37,026 nucleotides of DNA from a virus: IMG/VR virus record IMGVR_UViG_3300045988_111231, positions 1 through 37,026 of that record; one strand, given 5' to 3'. Below are positions 25,339 to 32,256 of the stretch, piece after piece. A model generated the notes under the pieces. The model was not told the DNA's origin. It worked only from the letters and a program-made list of their open reading frames with translations, and did not search any database. Position 1 is the first letter of the stretch. Each line of letters begins with the position of its first letter. The translations under genes and the position numbers were made by a program.

Positions 25339-26730
25339 ATGATAAAGTATTACGACACAGAGGAGGCCTACAAGGCCGACACGGGGAAGGGCGCGGACGA
25401 GAGCCAGGTCTCCCTCATAAAGGCGGGCAACATATGCAGGTACGACGGCAGGAACGTGGTCGTGGGGCTGAGGTCGGCGAGGACGGGGAGCGTGGCCTAC
25501 CTTGACGGCTCGCGCGCGCTGCACTTCGCCGCGCCCGGGACGTTCAGGGCCGACGGACTCCCCGAGGTAGGCGGGGTCATCGGCGTGGTCGTCATCGGCG
25601 TGGACCACCAGGATTTCCGCGGCGTGGTCGCGGTGATGAGCAAGACGTTCGCCGCGGCTCCGATGCTGGAGCGGTGGTTCGTCAGGCTCTCCGGCTACAC
25701 CCTTGACGGGACCGACAGGACGGGGACGCTGAGCGTGTGGGAGGCCTCCGACAGCTGGGCGGCAGCCCACGACTACGCCGTCGGCTACAACGCGGACAGC
25801 GCCCAGGCGCTCGCCTCGCAGCTCAACGCCTACTTCAAGGCGAACGAGCCGTTCATGGCGCAGGACTGGGTGGCGGAGGCCGACGGGGACGGGAACGTCA
25901 CCCTGCACTACGCCTATATCAACTACCGCCAGACCTCGAACGCGGCGAAAGACGGATTCGCGCTTGCCCAGGCGACCGCCCCCGGGTGGGCCGACACGAC
26001 GAAGATGCTCCGCAGGAACGGAAGGAGGATCGGCGAGGGCACGATAACGAACTGGCCGAGGACACTGGCGTATTTCCGCGGCGACAACTCCAGCAAGACA
26101 TACAACCCCGCGTCGGACGTGACGACGAAGAAGATCTCTTATCCGATATGCCTGCCCGGCTACCTCGGCACGTCGGAGTACCAGAGCGACCACTGCTCGT
26201 ACCTGCGCGGAGTGTACGGCGAGGGCGAGGAGGGCTGGCTGAAGTTCATGGAGAGCTTTCTGCCAGTCCGTCCGTCGGAGTACGGCATCTTCGACGCGAG
26301 CAGGTACGGCGCTGCGAAGCGCAATACCTATTATCTCGCCGGAATCAAGTATGCCGGTCAGGACGGCGTCGAGAAGTACGCGAGTCCGGCCGCGAGGCTG
26401 GCCGCGAACCTCGGGTACGACCACGAGCTTCTGAAGCAGGGCGAGTGGGTGCTGCCGGACATCGACCTCTTGTTCGGCCTTGTCGGGCAACTCAAGTACC
26501 CTACGACGAACGACCGTGACGCCGACCCGGTGAACTCCGCCCTCAAGGCTATAGGGGCTCCGGCGCTGGGAAACAGCTCCAGCGTCTGGAGTTGCTCCCG
26601 GTTCAACCCGTTCAGCGGGTGGATCGCGGGCGGCGGCAGCGGTTACGCGGGCGGCGGCATCCTGGCGTACAGCGGATACGTGGCGGCTCCCCTCGTGCTT
26701 TTGGACACCGCCGCCGGAGGCGCGGCTTAG
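25339..26730 (+). CDS. DGR target protein (receptor-binding tail protein with C-terminal variable region)
   Basis: VR occupies the last approximately 50 codons. A WVLPDIDLL segment upstream resembles DUF1566/C-type-lectin-fold DGR targets. ATG preceded by AAGGAGGA. Confidence 0.8.
   Translation: MIKYYDTEEAYKADTGKGADESQVSLIKAGNICRYDGRNVVVGLRSARTGSVAYLDGSRALHFAAPGTFRADGLPEVGGVIGVVVIGVDHQDFRGVVAVMSKTFAAAPMLERWFVRLSGYTLDGTDRTGTLSVWEASDSWAAAHDYAVGYNADSAQALASQLNAYFKANEPFMAQDWVAEADGDGNVTLHYAYINYRQTSNAAKDGFALAQATAPGWADTTKMLRRNGRRIGEGTITNWPRTLAYFRGDNSSKTYNPASDVTTKKISYPICLPGYLGTSEYQSDHCSYLRGVYGEGEEGWLKFMESFLPVRPSEYGIFDASRYGAAKRNTYYLAGIKYAGQDGVEKYASPAARLAANLGYDHELLKQGEWVLPDIDLLFGLVGQLKYPTTNDRDADPVNSALKAIGAPALGNSSSVWSCSRFNPFSGWIAGGGSGYAGGGILAYSGYVAAPLVLLDTAAGGAA
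26575..26697 (+). repeat. DGR variable repeat (VR)
   Basis: Matches TR 27313-27432. Over the first 90 nt, the 14 differences all fall at TR adenines. Confidence 0.85.
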
Positions 26731-26740
26731 GCTTTATCCT

Positions 26741-26766
26741 GGGCGGCGGCGTCCCCGCGGCCGCCC
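26741..26766 (+). promoter_or_regulatory. GC-rich hairpin downstream of VR (candidate DGR target-recognition structure)
   Basis: GGGCGGC-G-GCG TCCC CGC-G-GCCGCCC, starting 11 nt after the stop codon. Confidence 0.5.
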
Positions 26767-26789
26767 GCAAAACTAAACAACATCGTGTT

Positions 26790-27230
26790 ATGCCAAGATC
26801 GGAATACTACGAGCCGGCCCTGCTGCCGGGCGAGAAGGAGCAGCCGCAGATAATCATCGACGCGGTGGAGCTGTACGACCTACTTGTCAGGGCGGAGATG
26901 ATGATGACCAAGGCTGACCGCATCCGTTACGGGAACCGCGCGGTCGCGCAGATACAGGACGTCATCAAGGAGTTCATGCTCGCCTACGACTTCGAGGAGG
27001 ACAGGCGGATCCATCTGAAGAGGCTCTGCGCCAACATGGCGGTCTTCATGTGGACGGTCAGGCTGATAGGCGGCAGGAACATCATAAACGTCAGGGACGC
27101 GAGGTCCGGCGAGACCCCCGACCAGATCAAGGTGAGGATCATGGAGAGCCTGGCGAGGCTGGATGAGGGCGTGACGCGATGGAGAAAATCGATAACGAAG
27201 AGCAGAAACAAGGGCATGACCGGCATATAG
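26790..27230 (+). CDS. avd: Accessory variability determinant (Avd-like)
   Basis: 146-aa predicted helical basic protein in the canonical slot between the target gene and TR. Confidence 0.6.
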   Translation: MPRSEYYEPALLPGEKEQPQIIIDAVELYDLLVRAEMMMTKADRIRYGNRAVAQIQDVIKEFMLAYDFEEDRRIHLKRLCANMAVFMWTVRLIGGRNIINVRDARSGETPDQIKVRIMESLARLDEGVTRWRKSITKSRNKGMTGI

Positions 27231-27312
27231 TGATGATCCGGCAGTCTCTGGAATCATAAAGGAGACCCTCCTTCCGCGCTCGCGGCAGGTAAGAGCAAGG
27301 CATGGGTCTCGG

Positions 27313-27432
27313 AGCTCCAGCGTCTGGAGTTGCTCCCGGTACAACCCGAACAACGGGTGGATCGCGAACGGCAACAACGGTTACGCGAACGGCAACAACC
27401 TGAACAACAGGAACGTGGCGGCTCCCCTCGTG
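27313..27432 (+). repeat. DGR template repeat (TR)
   Basis: 120 nt, noncoding position. In the VR frame it contains 12 AAC codons. Confidence 0.85.
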
Positions 27433-27450
27433 AATTATGATTGAAGGAAT

Positions 27451-28860
27451 ATGGTTTTGAGAACACTCATAGACGACTATCTGGGATGCCGCGCCAACAA
27501 GCGCAGGAGTCCCGACAGCGTGCATTTCGAGCTGCACTGGGAGAGAGACCTCGCGCGGCTGCTTGGGGATTTCAATGACCGCACCCTTGTTTCTTTTTTA
27601 TATGCCTTCGTCAATCCCAACCCGAGAGACAGGGAGGTCATAGCGTGTCTGATGCAGCTTAAGATATTGCAGCACCATTTCGATCTGAGGGTGCGCCCGC
27701 TCGTCGAGGAGGGACTGACGGGCAGCACGTTCAACAACCGCGTGGGCTACGGCTGCGACAGGGCCATACTGAAGACCCGCGACGACATCCGTAAAGTCTC
27801 GAAGAATTACACGGGGGATTGCTACATAATAAAGAGAGACATCAAGTCGTACTTTCCGTCAACGGATCTGGATCGCTCCTACGAGAACTATCGCGCCCTC
27901 ATAGAAGAGCGTATCGAAGACGGCGGCGAGAAGGACGACTTGTTGTATATCCTGCATAGGGTCAATTATGCCTATCCGCAGGAACACGCGCGTCTGAAGT
28001 CTCCGCGATTCAGATGGGACGGCATCATAACTGACGGCAAGAGCGTGGTTTTCAACAACGACCCGAAACGCGGAGCCTGCCTCGGCAACCAGTTCTGGCA
28101 GGTTGAGAAGAACTACGCACTGGCGGAGTTTGACAGGTTCCAGGTGGACACCTGCGGACTTCATTACACAAGATTTGTGGATGATATGGTCTGGGTAGTG
28201 GATAACCTGCAGGCCGGGCTTGCCCACGTAGCCACCAGCGAAAAGATGCTGATAGAGGAGTTCGGCTATCAGATGCACCCGCGCAAGAGGTATCAGCAGC
28301 ACTACAGCAAGGGCGTCACTTTTCTGGGTGCGAAAATAAAGTTCGGCAGAATCTATGCGAGCGACAGGGTCGTGAGGAACTGCAAGATGGCCATCCGGAA
28401 ATGGAACAGGCTCGCATATCCGTCAATGCTCGGCCATTTCCTTGACAGCATTAACAGCTATCTGGGAAACTTCAAGCACAAGAACGCCTATGGCATCATC
28501 AGAGACCTTGTGGATGAGGTCGGTCCGAAATGGGAGAAATACTGCCATTACAACGATGACCGCAGATGTTTCGAGGCGAATGAGGGATACCGGCACAGGG
28601 AACTGCTTGAACGGAAATATCATTTTAAACTTAACAAGGATAAGCACAGACATTATGACAAGACAGGAAATCGAGGACAGAAGGAATGTCCTGCACTCCC
28701 TCGTCAGGGACAGGGAGGCGAAGCTGAAGGAGACGGACTACGTGGCGGCCAAGATCGCCGAGGGGGCGGCCACGAAGGAGGAGTACGCCGCCGTCCTCTC
28801 GCAGAGGAGGACGTGGCGAGGAGAGATCAACGAGGCCGAGGCCGGGGTGGCCGCGCTTGA
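27451..28860 (+). CDS. DGR reverse transcriptase
   Basis: RT motifs IIKRDIKSYFPS, LGNQFWQ, YTRFVDDMV, MHPRK and TFLGAKI. Starts 18 nt after TR. The last approximately 65 codons overlap the next ORF and look non-native. Confidence 0.85.
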   Translation: MVLRTLIDDYLGCRANKRRSPDSVHFELHWERDLARLLGDFNDRTLVSFLYAFVNPNPRDREVIACLMQLKILQHHFDLRVRPLVEEGLTGSTFNNRVGYGCDRAILKTRDDIRKVSKNYTGDCYIIKRDIKSYFPSTDLDRSYENYRALIEERIEDGGEKDDLLYILHRVNYAYPQEHARLKSPRFRWDGIITDGKSVVFNNDPKRGACLGNQFWQVEKNYALAEFDRFQVDTCGLHYTRFVDDMVWVVDNLQAGLAHVATSEKMLIEEFGYQMHPRKRYQQHYSKGVTFLGAKIKFGRIYASDRVVRNCKMAIRKWNRLAYPSMLGHFLDSINSYLGNFKHKNAYGIIRDLVDEVGPKWEKYCHYNDDRRCFEANEGYRHRELLERKYHFKLNKDKHRHYDKTGNRGQKECPALPRQGQGGEAEGDGLRGGQDRRGGGHEGGVRRRPLAEEDVARRDQRGRGRGGRA

Positions 28861-28921
28861 CGCGGAGGTCCCGGAGGATGAGGACGCGGTTTCGGCCGAA
28901 GCGACGGAGGGACGGCCATGA
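28655..28921 (+). CDS. Small acidic coiled-coil protein
   Basis: 88 aa with strong GC3 bias. Overlaps the RT 3' end by 206 nt in another frame. Confidence 0.55.
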   Translation: MTRQEIEDRRNVLHSLVRDREAKLKETDYVAAKIAEGAATKEEYAAVLSQRRTWRGEINEAEAGVAALDAEVPEDEDAVSAEATEGRP

Positions 28922-29520
28922 GGGTGGTCTCGCTCAACTGCCGCGTCTGGACAAGGGACACGGACAGGATGTCGCCGCGCTGGTGGCGCAGGCGGATGGA
29001 GAGGATAAGGAGGTTCATAACCGACGAGGCCCCGGATGTCCTCTGCCTTCAGGAGCTGTCGTTCCCGGCCAACCTCTGGATTCCGAAAGGCTACCGCCGC
29101 GTCGGCCTTTCCGCGTCCCACCATATCTATGTCCGCAGGGGGATCAAGGCGCGTCCGCTGTGGTTCGCGATACACCACAATGCGGCGGAGGTGGAAGGCG
29201 TGCGCGTCATCAATGTCCACGGCACATGGCGGAAGTGCATGGGGAAGGTGTGGGAGAGGCTCCGGAGGGAGGCGGAGAAGCGGCCGTGCCTGATGGCCGG
29301 GGACTTCAACCATTCCCCGGCGGCGGTCGCGGGGAGGCTCGGCAAGGAGGTCGAGGACATCGGCGACGTCACGTTCAGGCACAACTTCACGGGGTCGCCC
29401 GGAAGCCTGGACCACTGCGCCGCCTTCGGCCTGTCCGTGGTGTCGTGCGGGGTGGTCAACGACGGGTTCATGATGTCCGACCACCTGCCGCTCGTGATCG
29501 AGATAAAAAGACAGACATAG
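28918..29520 (+). CDS. Endonuclease/exonuclease/phosphatase (EEP; ExoIII/APE/DNase I-like) family nuclease
   Basis: Catalytic motif set VVSLN, LCLQEL, GDFNH and SDHLPL. ATGA overlap with the upstream ORF. Confidence 0.7.
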   Translation: MRVVSLNCRVWTRDTDRMSPRWWRRRMERIRRFITDEAPDVLCLQELSFPANLWIPKGYRRVGLSASHHIYVRRGIKARPLWFAIHHNAAEVEGVRVINVHGTWRKCMGKVWERLRREAEKRPCLMAGDFNHSPAAVAGRLGKEVEDIGDVTFRHNFTGSPGSLDHCAAFGLSVVSCGVVNDGFMMSDHLPLVIEIKRQT

Positions 29521-29524
29521 CGTG

Positions 29525-30064
29525 ATGGACGGTTTCAACGCCCACATCCTCTCGGACGAGGCTTCCGCGGGGAGTGTCGTGGTCGGCACGGGCATATCGG
29601 CCACATTGTTGTTGTTTTTCCAGCAGTCGTTCGAGAGGATGCTACCATACCTCGTCATCGCCGCCGTGGTCATCCTGATCGACCTCGTGTTCGGCATCAG
29701 GGCCGCCCGGCGCAAGGGCGACCGTATCAGGATAAGCCGTGCAATACGCCGCACGATAGGAAAGGCGGTGGAGTACTTCTGCTGGGCGGTGCTGGCCTCC
29801 AGCCTCGCCGTGGCGACGGGCTACACCATCATCGAGACGGGGCTGATGCTCGTGGTCATCGGCGTGGAGCTGATAAGCATCGCGCAGAACTGGTACTTCT
29901 GGAAGTTCGGCCACAAGGCGACGGTGAAGGTGGACGCGGCCAAGGTCATCGAGGCCGTGGTCGAGGCAAGGACGGGAGCGAACATCGAGGGGGCGATAAC
30001 GATAAGCAAAGCGGAGGAATCCGGAAACAAAGAGGAGGTCAAGATCGATGGCAAGGAAGATTAA
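29525..30064 (+). CDS. Holin-like membrane protein
   Basis: Several TM helices and a charged C-terminus. Lies immediately upstream of, and overlaps, the amidase gene. Confidence 0.6.
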   Translation: MDGFNAHILSDEASAGSVVVGTGISATLLLFFQQSFERMLPYLVIAAVVILIDLVFGIRAARRKGDRIRISRAIRRTIGKAVEYFCWAVLASSLAVATGYTIIETGLMLVVIGVELISIAQNWYFWKFGHKATVKVDAAKVIEAVVEARTGANIEGAITISKAEESGNKEEVKIDGKED

Positions 30065-30458
30065 CTACATCATAGTGCACTGCACCGCCACACCGGAGGG
30101 CAGGTGGGTGACGAACGAGGAGATAACGAGGTGGCACAAGGCACGCGGGTTCCGCACCATCGGCTACCATTATGTCGTCTACCTTGACGGCACGGTGCAC
30201 GCCGGGAGGCCGGAGAACGAGATCGGGGCGCACTGCCAGGGGCGCAACGCGGACAGCGTGGGCGTGTGCTACGTGGGAGGCCTCGACAAGTCCGGCAAGG
30301 CCAAGGACACGAGGACGCTCGCGCAGAGGGAGGCTCTCGCGAAGCTCCTGAAGGAACTGAAGGCGAGGTACCCGAACGCGGAGATAAGAGGCCACAGGGA
30401 CTTCGCCAGGAAGGCGTGCCCGTGCTTCGACGCCACAAGTGAGTACAAGGCTCTGTAA
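30048..30458 (+). CDS. N-acetylmuramoyl-L-alanine amidase (Amidase_2/PGRP type endolysin)
   Basis: Motifs IIVHCTAT, GYHYVV, GVCYVGG, GHRD and CPCFD. Confidence 0.85.
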   Translation: MARKINYIIVHCTATPEGRWVTNEEITRWHKARGFRTIGYHYVVYLDGTVHAGRPENEIGAHCQGRNADSVGVCYVGGLDKSGKAKDTRTLAQREALAKLLKELKARYPNAEIRGHRDFARKACPCFDATSEYKAL

Positions 30459-30508
30459 GTTGTCGGGATTTGGCGACTAATTGACGTTTGACGCAAATAT
30501 ATTGAGTT

Positions 30509-30922
30509 ATGAAAGAGATCATCAATTTTCTGAGGCTTCTGTGGGAGTTCCCGCAGTGCCTTCTGGGGTTCATCCTCTTCCAGGTCTACGGAGTGGACTG
30601 CCAGTGCATGGAGGCGCCCTACGGGGATGTCCGCATCCTCTACTCGGAGAGGATGAGAGGCGGCATAAGCCTCGGGCGGTTCATCATCCTGCCGTGGAAG
30701 TACCGCTACAACAGCTCATCATACGTCCGTGACACCATAGGCCACGAGTACGGGCACACAAGGCAGTCGCTGTATCTCGGCTGGCTCTACCTCATCGTGA
30801 TAGGGCTTCCGTCCCTGCTGTGGGCTTGGGCGCACTCCACGTTCAGGAGGCTGCGGACGGTGGACTACTACTCGTTCTGGACGGAGCGGTGGGCTGACAG
30901 GCTCGGAGGGGTCAGGCGGTGA
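30509..30922 (+). CDS. Membrane protein with HExxH motif (putative metallopeptidase-like)
   Basis: GHEYGH motif flanked by hydrophobic helices. Confidence 0.5.
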   Translation: MKEIINFLRLLWEFPQCLLGFILFQVYGVDCQCMEAPYGDVRILYSERMRGGISLGRFIILPWKYRYNSSSYVRDTIGHEYGHTRQSLYLGWLYLIVIGLPSLLWAWAHSTFRRLRTVDYYSFWTERWADRLGGVRR

Positions 30923-30953
30923 TTATAGCCGGATTATAGCCGATTTATAGCCG
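30921..30953. repeat. Three tandem 11-bp repeats (GATTATAGCCG x2, ATTTATAGCCG)
   Basis: Seen directly. Starts at the stop codon of the upstream gene. Confidence 0.85.
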
Positions 30954-30964
30954 GATAAGTCCTA

Positions 30965-30980
30965 TACTACAATTGTAGTA
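30965..30980. promoter_or_regulatory. Perfect 16-bp palindrome TACTACAATTGTAGTA
   Basis: Seen directly. Intergenic. Confidence 0.5.
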
Positions 30981-31027
30981 CAAGATTGTTTATGACTATT
31001 TCCATTTTGGAAACAGCCACATGGCCG

Positions 31028-31049
31028 CGCCCCGGCCATGATCGGGGCG
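31028..31049 (+). terminator. Possible terminator hairpin
   Basis: CGCCCCG-N8-CGGGGCG followed by a T-rich (not contiguous) tract. Confidence 0.35.
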
Positions 31050-31121
31050 GTGTTACTCTTGGTTTTATTTTGTTTCTGTCCTCCCCGCCGAGAGGCGCGG
31101 GGGACTCTTTGATAGAAATTT

Positions 31122-31676
31122 ATGGCAACATCCGAAAACATCCGAAAACAACCGAAAACGACCTTGCTGTTCGCGGCCGCGCTGCTGCTCGCCCTGGGAC
31201 TCGGCTTCCTCGGCGGAAGGCGGAGCGTCACGCGCCCTCTTCTGGAGCGTGTGGACACATTGGTCATCCGCGACACGTTCGTTGACTACAGGCCGGCTCC
31301 GCTCTCCGTCACCCCTCTGAGGGTGGAGACCGTCCGACTTCCGTTGTCCGGACTGGCTTTCGCGAGGTTCGCCGACGATACCACATCGGTGGGCGACACG
31401 GTTTTCCTGCAAATCCGCGACACCGTCGAGGTCGAGGTGCCGATAATAACGAGCCGCTACAAGGGCGACAACTATGACATAGGTGTCAGCGGTTTCCGCG
31501 TCGAGCTGGAGTATGTCAAAGTGTATCCGCAGACCAAGATCGTGACGAAGGGATATTCCGTCGAGCCGAAAAGGTGGGGCTTCGGCGTGGCTGTCGGGCC
31601 GTCCGTCCTCGTAGCCCCTTCCGGCAGAGTCAACGCCGGACTCGGCGTGACCGGGGGCTTCTACCTCAGGCTTTAG
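31122..31676 (+). CDS. Signal-anchored protein (possible lysis accessory)
   Basis: N-terminal TM segment LLFAAALLLALGLGFLGG. 184 aa. The 5' end contains three 10-bp repeats. Confidence 0.55.
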   Translation: MATSENIRKQPKTTLLFAAALLLALGLGFLGGRRSVTRPLLERVDTLVIRDTFVDYRPAPLSVTPLRVETVRLPLSGLAFARFADDTTSVGDTVFLQIRDTVEVEVPIITSRYKGDNYDIGVSGFRVELEYVKVYPQTKIVTKGYSVEPKRWGFGVAVGPSVLVAPSGRVNAGLGVTGGFYLRL

Positions 31677-31814
31677 CGGGTGTGCATTCTCCTCCGCACG
31701 CTCTTTGAAATATTGGCACCGCCGATTTTCTTTTGCGTGTGCGGACGTTTCATCTGGTCGGATACCCATCCGCCCGTATTTACACGTACCGTTAAAATTA
31801 AAACCTTTTAAGAT

Positions 31815-32126
31815 ATGATAAAGTCGGAGATATTCGCCAGCGTCCTGCGTGACGTGTGCGAGGTCACGGGGATTTCGGAGCGCGACATAATGTCTAAGTC
31901 CAAGAGCGAGGAGATCGTGGACGCGAGGCACCTGCTCGTGGTGACGCTCAGGAGGAGCGGCTATTATCCGGGGATGATAGCCGAGAGGCTGCACGTCAGC
32001 GGGCGCGCGGTCCGCAAGATGATAGGCTCGTTCCGGTCGAGGGCGGACAACTCGCCGGGGCTGGAGATGTGCCTGAGACGCGTAGAGGCGAGGCGGAACG
32101 GAAACGGAACGAACGGGGAAAATTAA
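31815..32126 (+). CDS. DnaA C-terminal-domain-like HTH protein
   Basis: Segment EEIVDARHLLVVTLRRSGYYPGMIAERLHVSGRAVRKMI resembles Bac_DnaA_C. Confidence 0.55.
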   Translation: MIKSEIFASVLRDVCEVTGISERDIMSKSKSEEIVDARHLLVVTLRRSGYYPGMIAERLHVSGRAVRKMIGSFRSRADNSPGLEMCLRRVEARRNGNGTNGEN

Positions 32127-32256
32127 GGGAACGGGAAAGGAACTGATTTCTTAATTAACGGAGGCAAAAAGGGTAGGTTTGCGGAAGCGGTCAGAAGACC
32201 GCGCCAATGCCGCCGAAGGCTTCAAGAGGCGGGAAAATCTATAATCCATTTTGATC

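Noticed and set aside
25318-26490. 390-aa minus-strand ORF antisense to the DGR target gene. Similar long antisense or alternate-frame ORFs occur at 7260-8306(-), 28738-29754(-), 31065-31994(-), 13051-13845(-), 23711-24421(-), 25737-26519(+) and 33421-34005(-).
   Set aside because: They have Arg/Pro/Gly/Ala-rich shadow-ORF composition typical of high-GC DNA and no recognisable motifs. Each overlaps a plus-strand gene that has clear domain motifs, proper GC3 bias and operon-consistent start/stop coupling.
28857-29525. 222-aa and 85-aa alternate-frame ORFs (28857-29525 and 29036-29293) over the EEP nuclease gene.
   Set aside because: They have Arg/Gly/Pro-rich shadow-frame composition. The 28918 frame contains the complete EEP catalytic motif set.
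30481-30503. Sigma-70-like TTGACG (twice) plus TATATT upstream of the HExxH gene.
   Set aside because: The spacing between the -35-like and -10-like elements is only 4-11 nt, which is too short for a canonical promoter. The host appears to use Bacteroidetes-type TAnnTTTG promoters.
31128-31163. Three tandem 10-bp repeats (ACATCCGAAA, ACATCCGAAA, ACAACCGAAA) at the 5' end of ORF 31122-31676.
   Set aside because: The repeats are real but short, and they lie inside the coding N-terminus (TSENIRKQPKT). There is no evidence of function beyond a local duplication, so I noted them only as part of the CDS feature.
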